64,000 bases of DNA from Dimorphilus gyrociliatus (taxonomy: Eukaryota; Animalia; Annelida), in NCBI GenBank assembly GCA_904063045.1, contig CAJFCJ010000028.1:62001-126000 (forward strand), written 5' to 3'. Of this stretch, positions 1-14,064 are shown piece after piece; within the stretch, counting starts at the first letter, position 1; each line of letters starts with the position of its first letter. Both the position numbers and the translations under genes were made by a program. Below the pieces are notes generated by a model. It had not been told where the DNA came from and did not search any database. It saw only the letters and a list, made by a program, of their open reading frames with translations.

Positions 1-1
1 T

Positions 2-247
2 ATGGCTTTAGAATTAATAAAAACTCACGTACTAGGTCTAAAACTGGAAAAACTTACTGGTTTCTTAGCAATGAGAGAGGATTTGAATAAGAGTGCTGCC
101 GAGGCAGTAAGTATAATTTTTATTCAACATGCGAAACAAATATCATTGTTTTACTTTTTGCAGAAAATAAAGGAAATTATAGAGGATAGCGCCGGAAAAA
201 CTGATGACAAATATCTGAACACAGATAATTTCTTCTCCAAAATCTAA
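2..247 (+). CDS. 3' end of a gene entering the window; possibly exocyst EXOC3/Sec6-like C-terminus
   Basis: Exon to 106, phase-0 GT-AG intron 107-163, last exon 164-247. Spliced peptide ...KLEKLTGFLAMREDLNKSAAEA/KIKEIIED...FFSKI* loosely resembles the Sec6 C-terminal LLAxRGD segment. Too short to be sure. Confidence 0.35.
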   Translation: MALELIKTHVLGLKLEKLTGFLAMREDLNKSAAEAVSIIFIQHAKQISLFYFLQKIKEIIEDSAGKTDDKYLNTDNFFSKI

Positions 248-558
248 ATTTTCCAAACTGTTATCACTCTTTATATTTTTGAAAGGCCATCTATTTATTC
301 TCATTAAATGTTTTAAATTTTATATTTGTAATCATGAATGAGCAAATCTTTAGTTGCTTCGCTTTTTCAATATTAAATTATTGTTAACTTTCAATTAAAA
401 TGAATAACGAATGTACAATTAGAACTTTTATTTGTTCAAAAATAAATTTCAATAAAGAATTCTACAAATATAAAAATATAAGAGAATACTGAATAAATCT
501 ATTATTTAAAATCAATCGAGTAATATTTAGAAATCATTAGCAATTAGGGGAGAATTTA

Positions 559-1698
559 TTAGCTAATTTTCCATAATTTTATAGATCCATCATCACTACA
601 ACTCGCTAACAAGTCTTCATTTGGATGCCATGCAACACAATTGACATCTTCGTCATGTGCCCGAATTTGATTGCTTTGCAAATTTAAAACTAATTCGGCG
701 TTTTCATTAGAAAATTCCTGAACTTTGAAAACTTTTACAGAATCGTCTCCGCAAGCAGTTGATATTAGTTGCGATTTATGTTTCCTGATGGGTTAAAACT
801 TGATATTATGACAAAAAAGAAAGAAAATCTGATACAAACCAATCAACACAATAAATTGGTCGACTATGACTTTGAGGTAAGTTGGAAATACATGTCCAGA
901 TATCAGGTTCTACTTCTTTCCAAATTTTCAAGCTTCTGTCGTCACTACAGGACACCAAATATTTACCATCGCCTGACCAGGATATGGACCATACAGTTGA
1001 AGTGTGTCCTTCCAAAGTACAAAATGGTAGCCAATCATCGGCTCCTTTTCGATAAAGCTTTATACTATTGTCATAGCTGCTAGAGGCAAATATCTCAAAC
1101 TTTGGATTCCATTTTATACATTTTACATCTTGTGAATGAGAATTCATCACAGAAGCACATTCAAAGTTTTCCTCATCATCAACTGAGAAATAAAGAAATA
1201 TGTATAAGCTTTTCGAAGAAATGAAGTTTCTTACATTCCCACACCCATACGCTTTTGTCTCTGCTGCATGTTGCAAGGTATTTCCCAGTGGCGGCCCAAG
1301 AAACACTTTTAACTTCATTTTCATGTCCTTCTAAGGTACCTATACAATCCCAATCTTTGGCTTCACTCCAAATACAAGTTGTTGCATCAAAACTTGCTGA
1401 CGCTAAATATTTACCACATGGAGACCAAGCAAGACTTCTAATCGTCCTTATGTGTCCATTTTCTAAAGTTTGTATGCACCGAAATTCATTTTGAGAATCT
1501 GAAGGAGAAACTATATTATCGCTCAGCATCTTCATCAATCTTCTTTCAATTAAAATAAAATATAATACTTTTTTCCCATAATCGTATTTTCTTATCAGAA
1601 CCACAGGAAGCTAATATCGTCCCAGAAGGATTCCAACAGACAAACCAAACTTTAGAATTACAGTTTTCAAATTCTCGAATGCAACTTAATTGAAGCAT
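559..1698 (-). CDS. CIAO1: WD40 cytosolic Fe-S assembly protein CIAO1
   Basis: Exons 1698-1569, 1498-1235, 1182-840, 784-559 with GT-AG introns of 70, 52 and 55 nt. Motifs [77 protein letters not shown]. Confidence 0.96.
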
Positions 1699-2169
1699 AT
1701 TTCTTCACAAGGCAAAAAAATCATGCAGTTAACACTACTCAACAAACGGTATTACTAAATCGTATGTGGCGGTTACTTCAAAATCTTCAACCATACTTTT
1801 TATGCATTTTACCACCAAAATTCACACTAAACTTATAAATTTTTTTCGTAAGTATTTCTAAATTAAGTTTGGAAAAATTTTATCCAAAAAAATTTCATAT
1901 AAATTAGTTTGAAAAAAATTATTGTTGCATTGGTCAAAGAACCACACTTTTCACCATGCTCGTCACTTGGCGCACGGTTTTCACATAGCATTGTGTGAGC
2001 TCGACGCTTTCTTTTTTTTTTTAAGGTATAAAAAGTGTTCACCGCAAACTTCTATTAAAGCTCTTTGATATAAGAACATTAAAGGAAGTTGTTGAAGGTG
2101 CATTAATAAACTTAATATAGCTTTTAATTATGAACATGACGTTTTATAATAATGAAAACTGATTTCAGA

Positions 2170-5100
2170 ATGACTGATTCGTTGAGACTGCAACAAAAGT
2201 TTCAAAAAGGACAGAAGCTGACAGGAATAGTTAGTCATGTTGATAGCTTATCTTCTTTCTACGTTCAGGTATATTATATTGTGAAAATATTGAAGTAGGT
2301 CAAACTTAATTTGCCCACCGTAGAATGTTCTGAGAAGTGTCAGATGGAACATTCAGTATAGACTGTCTGTTCCATTGACGGTAAAAAACGATTTTAAGTA
2401 CAATAATGATAATGAGTTCTTAGACATTCTTTAATTAAAATATCTATTGTATAAGAATGAATAAAAATGCACAATTTGAGACCACGAGACATTTTCTCGT
2501 CCATTCATTTTAATGGTTTTTGTTTTCCTTTTTCTAGAGCATTTATGTATAATGCTCTGCCAGACAGACTAACTAATGATAAACAATTTTGTAATAGGTC
2601 AGCCCCTACAACGAGTTTGAAGATCTTCAACAGAAAATTCAAGCCTACTGTGAAGGCATAACCAGTAGATGTTTTCTAGCGCCAAAAAAGGGCTCTATAG
2701 CTCTGGGGCAGTATGAAGGAAGTTGGTATAGAGCGAAGATTCTAGGTATGTACTATCAAATTTTATTTAATATTTCACTTTTAATTTTTCTTTTTTTTAC
2801 TTTTAGATGCTTGCTCGAACAAATCCGAAATACTCTTTGTTGACTTTGGTAATAAGAGCATAGTCTCTCAAGACCAGATGATAAGTCTACCACCACAATA
2901 TAAGGAACTTCCTTTTCAAGCTATTCATTGTAACTTGAATCTATCTCGTGGCTTTGACAAACAGGACGCAAAAGCGATCGATAAACTTGTACATCTTACA
3001 GAAAATGACGAAATAACTCTAGAAGTCAGAGAGGTTGGCTCGAAGTCCTCGTTACATCTGATAGATATGTACTTGAAAGGAGAACCAGTGGCTAACCAGC
3101 TATTTGAGGGTCTGTGTAATGGAAAACCACCCTGTACTCTAACGTGTGAGGATGAGATCACAGATAGCTCCAAACCAACAAAAGAATCCTTAGAAGTTGT
3201 TGATAACGATCAACCGGATAGGAAAATTTCAAAAGGCGAACAAGAAGATGCTGCAACAAGTAACAAATCAGATAAAACTACACATCCTGCATATGCGCTA
3301 TTGAAACTTCCTACTCCTTGGCTTAATGGACTAACCAAACGCGTTATTGTTACAGCCTATGAAAACCACTTTTTATGGTGTATAGATGAAGGAGATGCTG
3401 AAGCTGTTAATAAGCTATCGCAAAATATAAACAAGTACTATAAAGAATCACAGGAGCTACAGAGTCTTTCAGCAAAAATTAAGGTTGGAGATGTATTTTG
3501 CGCTAACGATGGCGATAACTGGCTGAGAGTGACAGTACTGGATGAACTACCAGGAGGAAATTATGAAGTACAAGATATAGATTTTGGCAAGCAGTTTATA
3601 TTAAAAAAAGACCGCTTATATATTTTGGAGGAAAATTTTGTTTGGCAACCTCGGTGCTGTAGAAAAATGATGTTATTCAATCGAGGGCTTGTTCTGAATG
3701 AAGATATTGTTCAAAACATAATGAGAAAACTGATTTGTTCCAGAAGCAGGGTTCAAATTAAAATTGAAAAAACAGAGGAAGATATTCACTTTGTGAGCGT
3801 AACTATCAAAAGCTTGGACTTACTTAATGACATCTTGGCTTTACCCAAGGCAGTTTGCACTCTGAAAGAGTTGATGGAAAAATTTAAAGATTTTGCCATT
3901 GACTGTACACTACCAACCAACCTACCAAGAAAATTAAACGCCTACGTGTCGCACGTTGAATCTATGACTGAGTTTTACATTCAACCGTCTACATGGGAAA
4001 AGAAATTGGAAGAAATAACTAACACTTTGAATATTATTTATACGAAACAAGGTCAATGTTTGCAACTGCTTAAAGCAGAAAAAGGGATGTTTTGCGTTGC
4101 TCGATATTCTGAAGACGACTGTTATTACAGAGCAAAAATTCTTAGCTGCGAAGAAACAAAAGCAATTGTACATTTTATCGACTTCGGCAACTATGATGAA
4201 GTTTCCATTTCACAGCTATTTGTCCTGGTTGATCAACTAACTTCACGCTCGCAATGCATAAAATGCAGCCTAAACAACGTAAAAGAGTCGGTACCAATGA
4301 ATACTATACTTGAAATGATGAACGAAAAATTATTAAAGTGTGAATATTATATTGGTTCGGATTGTTTTGTTGCCGATATGTGGGAAAATGAAAAGCACCT
4401 TAATCACATCTTTTCACCAGATTTAGCAACTGTGAATGAAATTCAAGCTAAAAAATCCTCGATTGACTTATATCCTGTCGAATATAGTCTAGATAGACAG
4501 AATGCTAAATTACTGCATGTTGACAACCCATCAATTTTCTTTGTGTCTCCGCCACCTGCAGAAAAGCAAAAAGCTGAAGTAAATAATCTTTTTGAAGATT
4601 GTAATATGACGAGAGCTCCTGTTCTAGACAATGCATCACCGGGCCAGATTTGTGCTATAAAAGTCGTTCATCCGGATCTTGAAGGCGTTTGGTTCCGAGG
4701 GAAAATTCTTGAAGTTAGAGGAAACAAATCTCGTGTTAGGCTGTTAGATGAAGGAAAGGCGTTTATATGTAATAATGATGAAATCAGAGTATTACCACCA
4801 TCGCTGTTGGTGAAACCAGCATGTGCAGTTGAATGTCATTTAATTGGTTTGCAAGTACCCGAAAACGGTTGGACCAAAACTGAAAAGAAATCTTTGATAT
4901 CTGCTTATCCTCCTGTTCATAGCCAAGTTTTTGTGGTCTTCAAAAATAAAGCAGGCGGCCTGTTGCGAACCGATTTATATTCGTCAGATGGTAAAAATAC
5001 TGCTAGAGTTCTTGAAGAAATTCGCTTAAGTTTGTCTGAGAATAAAAGAGAGAAAATACAAGCAGAATCTACAGGTTCACATAAGAGTTCAAAGTCGGGC

Positions 5101-7995
5101 CAGAATGGGTTGTCCCAGTCTTTAGTTTCCCAACCACTTAAAAAATTGATGCTTAATGTAAAGTATGAAGCGTTTGTTAGTCACTATGAAAATCCAGCAA
5201 ACATTTGGATTCATTTGCAAGAAGACGAAGAAAGTATTGCGAGTTTAAATGCAAAGCTTCACACTGCTTGTAGCAAAATTGATTCAAATCAACAATTTAA
5301 GGAAGGGGAGCTTTGCTGTGCGTTCTCTGTCGAATTTTCCGCTTGGTACAGATGTGTAATAATACGATTGGAAGACCAAGAGGCTGATGTTAGATATATA
5401 GATTTCGGTAACAGAGAAAAGGTGAGCAGTAAACAGCTAGCTCCAATAGATAAATCGTTTCTGGCTATACCCCCGTATGCCACAAAAATTTGCATCGTAA
5501 ATGAATATACTGAAGATGAATCGAACAAATTGAATGAAACATTGGGTGAAGAATGTTTAATTGTGAAAATTTTAACAACTGACGAGCCTTACAATGTTGA
5601 AATAAGCACTGAGAATATATCAAATATTAGAGAAGCTGTGTTTGGTTCTCCAGCCAAATTGGGCCAGGAGAGTTCAGCAGTTACCCAAGAGATATATCCT
5701 GAGGAAGAAAACAAAGCAAAAATGGATGACTTGGTAGTTCAAGATCATAAACCATTGTCTTGTGATGTCCAAGTCTACGTTAGTTATGTTGAATCTCCAA
5801 CAAAGTTTTGGATACAATTAGTTTCAGAAACTGATGAAATAGAAAATATTCTAATTTCTTTGCGTGATGCTGATTCAATGGAGAATCTGAAGGATATTGA
5901 AGTTGGAATGTATTGTATAGCAAAATCTAACGCTGACGGCACTTGGTATAGAGCACAAGTTATTAAATTTGAAACATCCGCTTATGAGGTTATTTATATT
6001 GATTATGGCAATACGGAAATAGTACAACTTGAAAATTTAAGAGTAATTAATAGTTCTCTGACAGAGACATATAAACTGGCAATATCTGCATCATTATTGT
6101 CAGTAGTCGAACCTACAGGAGGTTGGAAACCAGAGAAAATAGCCTTGTTTGAAGAAAAAGTACTAGGTAAAGAGCTGACTTGTAGAGTGTGCAGCACCTC
6201 CTCTCCCATTGAAGTAATTCTTGCTGATGGAGATGATTGTCTAAATGCATTGTATTTAAGCTCTTCTGATAGTGAAGAGACTCTTTCAACATATCCCTGT
6301 CAAATCATACCATCAACAGAGGAGAAAGGCCGAATTGTTCATGTAAATAAGAAAGGAGATATATTCTTCCAACTGTATAAAGATGATGATGACCTGAATT
6401 TGATTTTTGGTTTACTCGAAGATATAACGAAATATCCTGTTGTTGAAACAGTCGTTAATAATAGTCCTGTTCTGGCGCTATTTGAAGGAGAATGGTTTCG
6501 CGCTCTAATAACTAGAAGTGAACCAGTCATTGATGTCTTTTTCGTTGATTATGGCAACTCGTCTTCTGTAGAACCAAGAGATCTGCGGATGGTTAATAAT
6601 GAAATTTTAAGCTATCCTCCTTTAGCTTATTGCTTTAAAGATTATGCATCGGCGCAAGTAACTGATCAAACAATAGAAAATTTATTAGAAATAGAAGATA
6701 TAGATGTATCGTTTTCGGAGAAACCAAGGATTCGTCTGGATGACATGGAACTTATGGAGGCGATGTGGTTAAAGGACAAAAATATATGTTTGTAACGTTA
6801 TTATTTTCTTTAATAAATTGTCGTGATAATAGTAATAAAATTGTTTAATAGGTACACTAAGAAACAGCTTAGAACGAGAAAACAGCTTAAGTGGCAGTAA
6901 AGGTATTATTTCAATACTGAAATCGCATGTTAGTTATCAATCAAAAATTCCCCCTAACTAGTAGAAGAGAGCGAAGTGAATGAATCTGAGCTAGAGGAAA
7001 AGATAAGGATTTTCGAGAATACTTACGAAGGTAATTAATGAAACAATATGGATAGTTACCTATTTATGTCTGTTTTAGATATAAGTGAGACGAGCATCTC
7101 ACAAAATGCTGTTGTGAATAAAGGACCTGTGTTTTTAAACGAAATTGATCAATATCGACAAGCTAGTGCCATTCCAAATTCACCAAATTATGAAGCTTTC
7201 AAAGGTTTAAAACTTGAAGGGAAATAATTCTCATCAATATATTTAATTCTATTCGACTTAGATATGTCATGCATGGAGAGTACCCGGGTTGATGAAGTAA
7301 ACTCTACTAAGGAAGAATCGTGTGTTACCAATGAAACAGGGAAAACTCTAGACATTTCTGAAAATACCGAATTTGACGTAACAGAAGAATATCTTGTGAA
7401 AGAGCTGGTTTCGGAAGCATTAATTAATGTATATAATTGCTTAACTCTTTTCAACGCAGCTCATACATTATCAACCTACAAAAACTTTCCGTTGTCTGTT
7501 GGACAGCAATTTGCTGTGGAAGTTATATCCTTACCAGGCGATAATATTCTGATTTTGAAAAGTCTTCAAATTCCTTCACAATTGTTAAATATAGATGGTG
7601 AGAATATGGTTAATGTAACGTTTGAAATGTCCATACCAGCCCTAGCACTAACTAAAGATAACAATTGGGTAAGAGTTACAATTCTACAAGCTAAGAACGG
7701 TATTTGTCAAGTATGCTCGGTCGACCATGGATATATATTTGAAACTGAAACTAAGGCCTTAAAGGTTATTGAGGACAAAGAAATCTTATCGATTCCAGTT
7801 CAAGTATTTGTCTGCAAAACGGACGTAAAAAGTAAAAAATTTCAAGAAGTCATTTGTGCTTTGAATGAAAGAAAGAAATGCTTAATTGATATCAAGGTAG
7901 AAGCTGTTGATAACATAGCTACAGTCTCAATCGCATCAGTTGTAGTCAAAGACGAAGTGCAACAATTAAACAACACAATCAAGATCGAATTTTAG
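2170..7995 (+). CDS. Multi-Tudor-domain protein (TDRD6/TDRD15/Tudor-like, about 1,740 aa, 8 extended Tudor domains)
   Basis: Exons 2170-2268, 2598-2745, 2807-6787, 6852-6902, 6962-7030, 7079-7204, 7262-7995 join in frame. Repeated WYRA...(F/Y)(V/I)D(F/Y)GN motifs preceded by VS(H/Y)VES-type strands. Confidence 0.88.
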
Positions 7996-8292
7996 AGATT
8001 TTCTTTTAATTCTTGTGTACGGGTTTTTCATCTTACTTCAACTCTTCATTTGAAAATTGTGTAAAATTTTATTTCTTAAAGTAGTCATTATAAACTTTTC
8101 ATTAACCACTTTCTGAAAGAATATATGTACGGAAATTTTATATAGTTATATTCTCTGAATCGCATTCTTTTAACTCAAATTATAAAAACTGAACTTGTGT
8201 AATTCAATGTAAGAAAATAAATCATTAGGAATCAATTCAATAACTATAGATTTTATAAAAAATCTACACTGCGAAGCAATGAGAGAATAATG

Positions 8293-10368
8293 CTAAAACT
8301 TGGTTGTTTCCCCATCATGTGGATTTATATGAAGCATTGTTCCTTCAGTCCCTCTAACTTCACTTATTTTATCTATTTCTTCAGAACTTTCATCCAACTT
8401 CTCGAATTCTTTTTCTGACAACTTTGCCACTATTCCGGCTCCAACAGAGTCTCCCCAAACGTTTATCATAGTCCGGAAACGATCCCTATGTTTTTTTATA
8501 AATCATTCATTATATGCTATTTTTTAGTAAGTTAATGAACCTACAGCATCCAGTCAACAACAATTATTTTTGCAACATCATCAGATGGTAAACCGAGAGC
8601 TGTCAGAACAATAACCATAGTTACAATGCCAGCTTGGGGTACTGCTGCAGCTCCTATTGAGGCTGCTGTTGCCGTTATACTTGCAGCTACTATTTTACCG
8701 GCACTGAGAGATATTCCTGTTGGTTAGACAGAATTTGTATTTATGAATTCATATTGAAATAAAGCGATTTACCTCTCAGTTGGGCAATGAAGAGAGCAGC
8801 AACAGCTTCGTAAAGTGCTGTTCCATCCATATTTATTGTTGCTCCTACTGGAAGTACGAATCGGGTTATTTTTCGGCTTACTCCAAGTTTATCTTCCAAA
8901 CACTTATAAGTCACCGGCAAAGTAGCAGAACTGCTAGAGGTTCCAAGAGCAGTTGCTAATGCTTGAGCCACACCGGCCATGTATAAATAAGGATTCTTTC
9001 GTACGAATAGGTAATAAATAAGAGGTAGAACAATAAAACCGTGAACTCCTAAGCCAGTTAAAACGGTTGCTATGTATAAACCAAGAGCCTTTAATTCTTC
9101 AACAGGATCTTTCATTTTTATGATTTCAGCAGCAACTAGGAACATAACACCAATAGGTGAGTACCATATAATTAATGTAACAATTTTCATGGAAGCTTCA
9201 GCAAGACATTCCATTAATTTCCTTATAGGTTCACCTTCGTCACCCATGATGCTGACCACCACACCAATTGCAATTGAAAATACTACTAGACCCAAAGCAT
9301 TTAACCCATTTTCTTTGCGAACTTCGAACGTATACTTAATCTCTGGTGGTGAGATAGTTGTGTTTAAATCTGGCGCTAAGGTTGTTAAATTACTTTGAAC
9401 AGGTTCATGTTCAATAGGAATTTGTTTAGTTTTAGTTTGTTTGAAGCAGGCTTCGACAATATTGTCCGGGAACATATTCCTGAAATGTTTGAAATTTTGC
9501 CAAAATCATGAATTGAAAGGATTTTGTTTTTATCAATTTATTGGTACTTAAAGGAGTATTAACTACACATTTTCAAGCGTATAGGAATGTTTAAATCTAT
9601 GTGATAAATCCTAAATAAATTCGTCATTGAATAAATCTAAAAAAATTAAACATAAAAAAAAAGACCTGTTTATTTTACACGGTTTCCTCTTTTTGCAATT
9701 TAAATTTTTCTCTATTTAAATATAGGATTATAATTAATAGCGCTAACAAAAAAGAGGATAATTTACGTCCTATATAAAATTACATAATATACCTTAAAAG
9801 ATCGAGAAAAGAATCTGCAGTGTTGGCTGGTTCCGGTTTACTTCCTTCATTTACGGGACTAGCATCCTTACCAGGTTTTATAGCCAATACCAATCCGATA
9901 CCGATAACAACAGCAATAAATGTTGTTGCCATATAATATATAACCGCTCTACGACCAATTCTTCCACACGTTGCCGCATCGACACTGGAAACTCCCGCAA
10001 TTAAAGTTGAAACAATTAGGGGAACAATCATCATTTTGAGCATTCTCATTAGCAGTTCGCCTGGAAATCTTTAAAAATAAATATTAATATTTATGTTTTT
10101 TATGGGAAAACGAAATAAATTAGAGAAATTTTACAAATTAAATATTTTACCTAAAATACATTTGCTCCCGAGTGGTAAGTGGAGGATCTTTGCTCCGAAC
10201 TCCTGCTCCTATTCCTATACCAACAACTAAGCCACACAGAAGCAAAATTAACAGAAGGTTGTCTTTTAAAACTTGAGCAACTTTTTTAAGAATTGTTTTC
10301 TTCCTTGAGATAGGCTTTTCATTATTATTTGAAACTACAGCGATATTATTAAATCCGTTCTCCTCCAT
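8293..10368 (-). CDS. SLC1A: SLC1A/EAAT sodium-dependent glutamate/aspartate transporter
   Basis: Exons 10368-10151, 10068-9793, 9479-8773, 8716-8545, 8485-8293. Motifs [42 protein letters not shown], and TM8 DWMLDRFRT (Arg typical of acidic-substrate members). Confidence 0.95.
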
Positions 10369-10971
10369 TGTTACAGATCGATTGATAAATAGAATAGTTG
10401 ATAGGTTGATCGTTCAAAAAATATATATATATATATATATTTTTTTTTTTTTTGCGCATGTCCACGAATGGTCTATTTGCTTTGACCTACTAAAAGCTGT
10501 TTGAATTTCAATTTACAATTCCAAACAAACTATGCAACTATATTAGAATGACAATGGATAGAAATATCCTTAAGAAAATGAATTCATATTTTTTTAAGAT
10601 AGTAAACTTAAAACTTTAAATAAAAAACAGAAAATTGAAATAAAAATCATTTTTTTTTTTAAAAAAAATTAATAAAATTGAAAGTTTTGAAAAGGTTACA
10701 ATTAAAAAGGAAATGTTTGATATATTCTTGTTTTCTAGCAAGTAAATATTAAGGAGAAAAAGATCAATTATCAACTTTATTTGTTATGTCTACTGTGTAA
10801 TCGTAAAATTAAACTAGAAATTTGAATGCGTTCTTCTACAAATTTCATTTATAGGCTCAATATTCCAGTGGATAAAGTACTAAGCAAATGACCATGACAT
10901 CAATTTAGTTTTATTCCACAGTAGTATAAATTTTAAAAGTACAATTATAAAATATCGTTTTTTTTTCTTAT

Positions 10972-12495
10972 CTATTTCGCAAAGCGATCTTTAAGAGGAG
11001 TTGATATATCTTTATACATAAAAGAGGTTGTTGGCGGTATGGTTGGTTTAGAATCACTATTACTTGAACCTATAACTCTTGTTTTCCATTCAAGCCATTT
11101 ATTTAACGCCAATAACGTCTCGTACGTGAAGGACTCAAATCCATCTTTATGACTTTTGCAATTTGCATTGTACTTGTTCATAAAAGAACAGTTTATTGTT
11201 TTTTCTTGAACCTTTCCATTATTTAACACGTAAAATCTACAAACAATAAAAGAAAAAGAATGAAAGAGGAAGAGTGAGAGAGAGCTCGAGAAAAAAAGCG
11301 ACAAGATATTTATATAAATATACAATAGAGAAAAAGATAGGAATAAATTATTAGTAAAAAACAAAACTACAAAGATAAGTTTAATTTACGTTACTTGAAG
11401 AATTTATTCAGGTCCTTCGATAAATTCATAACACCGGAAGTAAGATTAGGTAATTTATTTCTTACTAAAAGTGACTGAAAAAAATTTAAAGCAAAATTAT
11501 TAAAGATATTGAAGAATATTGTTGTAAAAATTTGTAACTTACAGCAACGAGCTCAACATTAACGAATGAAAATGCGTCGAAATAATCCAAATCAGGTTGA
11601 AAATTTAATGATAATTCTCTAATTTGTTGACAATCTTTTAACTTTAACCAAGTAAATACTATTGCATCGTGCCGTATTGGATAGCCTTCAGTAGAATTGA
11701 ATGGATATATCGATTCCCAAATATATAATAATGGTAAATTAACATCATGTAGAAGGTCTTTATTTAATTGGATACCGCAATTATACTTGAAATTTTTCAA
11801 AGCACATTCCCATACAGTTTCGTTTGCCTCTAGAGAATCTATATAGTATTTCAAGTGTTTACATTATTAAAAAGTTAACTTTGTCAACATTCAAGTATAC
11901 ATATAAATTTATATACAGTATATATATATATATATAAATTGAGCTTTAACTATGATCTAATAAACCTCCTGGTAAAGTCCATGTTAAAGGATAAATATAA
12001 TTTGCTAAACTTTTCCTTTGCAGTAAAATTTTATTCTCTGCAGTTTCCATTAACACATTTAATCTTACAGTAACATATTTTCTGTTGTGTATAGTCTTCG
12101 CATCAATGTGAGAATGATCCCAAGCGTTACATGGATAATTATGCTACGTATGATAATCGTACAAAAAATAGTTTATAGGCTTAGTAAAACTTTTTTTTTT
12201 GTCTTCTCACATGCAATTGAACTTTAGCTGCGTCGTAAAATCTATGTTTGCTCAGTACTAACTTATTACAAGTAATTTTTGCATAAATTTCCATTTCGCA
12301 GTGACCTTGTCTCTCTGTCCATCCGAGTTCGGCTAGTAAACACTATAATAGGTTTTTCTTTTAAATTATTCCCTTCTAAAGAGGGCAAATGAAAAATTAT
12401 TTGCTTTTATTGTTTACTTTTCCAAAAGTTGCTGGTATTTCTGGTGATTTCTTGTTCTTAACGATATAAACTTTAACTGTTCTACTATCCTCCAT
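10972..12495 (-). CDS. NUDT17: NUDT17-like Nudix-fold protein with degenerate Nudix box (about 342 aa)
   Basis: Exons 12495-12418, 12342-12211, 12143-11966, 11838-11543, 11474-11395, 11236-10972 join in frame (1029 nt). Segments KLVLSKHRF, KILLQRK...WTLPG, WESIYP and LALNKWL line up with recalled NUDT17 (RLVLSSRPF, VLLTRR...WVPPG, WESAYP, FALKLWL). Confidence 0.8.
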
Positions 12496-12665
12496 GCTAT
12501 ATTTTGAAATTTTAAACTTATAAAATGGCGACTACTCTTTGTCTTATAGAATTATTAGAAAAAGATGAATTTAGTTCGTATTTTGTATTCAAACTGTCCG
12601 TTGATTTCGTTTCTAACTATATAAGCTAGCGCCATCTATCGTTTATCATATTGTATTGAGGAGTC
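12496..12665. promoter_or_regulatory. Candidate bidirectional promoter between NUDT17-like and FNTA
   Basis: Only 170 bp separate the divergent ATGs. YY1-like motifs AAAATGGCG (12522-12530, +) and AGATGGCGC (12629-12637, -). Confidence 0.6.
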
Positions 12666-14064
12666 ATGACCGACAGCGACTCAGATGCCAATTTCGATAT
12701 AGTTAATCCATACATTTTCTACAAAGATAGGGATGAATGGAAAGACGTTCAACCAATTCCTCAAAATGACGGTCCTCACGCCATTGTCAAAATAGCTTAT
12801 TCGGAGAAATGTAAGTGATAGAGAAGATTTTTGAGAGATTCCTTTATTTCGTAATTTTCAGTTTCCGATATCTTTGACTATTTTCGAGCTGTTTATCAAA
12901 AAGAAGAATTTAGTGACAGAGCTCTTAGCCTCACCAAGGATGCTATCAAACAAAATCCGGCGAACTACACAGTCTGGTAGTAAACTATTTGTTTTATTCA
13001 TTATTTCAAATAAATTGTTCGATTACAGGCAATACAGACGCAAGATTCTGAAAGCAATGAATAAAGATCTAAGGGACGAATTAAAATATTTAAATGATGT
13101 TATACTGGATAATCCAAAAAACTATCAAGTGTGGTAAGATGATTAAACGCTAATCAAGTACAATAATATAAAGAGGATAATTTGTAGGTTCCATAGACAG
13201 GCAGTCGTGGAATGGCTTAATGATCCAAGCGAAGAAAAAGATTTTATTGATGCAGCTTTAAGAGAAGATTCTAAAAATTATCACGCCTGGCAATACCGGT
13301 ATAGATTTAATAGCAACTACTTTTACTGTAGTTGATAATTTAGTAATATTCTTGTTAAATGAACTTTATAATTCTCCAATTAGCCATTGGCTTAATAAGA
13401 AATTTTCTCTATGGGATGGTGAACTTAAATTTACGGAGAATATGATTAGAAATGACGTTAGAAACAATTCTGCATGGAATCATCGCTATTACGTTATTAA
13501 TAGTACAACCGGGTTTAATCCTGTTGTTTTAGATAGGGAAGAAAAGTAAGAATAAATTATAACTTGGGAGTTATTACTTTAATTAAATAATTATTAATAG
13601 GTTAACCATGTCATTTATTGAAAAAGCACCATCGAATGAAAGTCCTTGGAGTTATCTAAGAGGGTTAGTCGCTTTATTGATCAATGTCTTTTCATGGCTA
13701 AAACTATACTTTATTCCAAATCATCGTTTTTAGACTACACTTAGTTGAACCTATTCATAAAAGACCTGGTCTAAAGAACTTTTGTACAAGATTGGCGAAA
13801 GAAAATACCAATATGCATATATTGTCCTTTATGGTAGATATTAATTCCAGTTCTCTTGAGGAAACATTCGATACAACTATCTACGACGAAACGTTAAGGG
13901 TAAACATTTACTTATCGGCATATACTAACATTAATAATCAAACTATTGTATTATGAAAACAGCTGCTTGATGAACTAGCCAGCTTGGACACCATCAGAAG
14001 AAAATATTGGAAATTTATTAAGGACAGTTTAATTAAGAAATTCGAAGATGGAACTATCAATTAG
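12666..14064 (+). CDS. FNTA: Farnesyltransferase/geranylgeranyltransferase-I alpha subunit
   Basis: First exon 12666-12810, last exon 13963-14064, short introns. PFTA repeats [40 protein letters not shown] and C-terminal DTIRRKYW. Confidence 0.95.

Noticed and set aside
769-9398. Antisense or alternate-frame ORFs overlapping CIAO1, Tudor and SLC1A (e.g. 769-1083, 1255-1494, 2925-3173, 3934-4173, 7188-7454, 9072-9398)
   Set aside because: Shadows of real coding exons with no recognisable motifs; the same applies to 14922-15236, 22327-22539, 36444-36656, 37937-38167 and 43447-43829.
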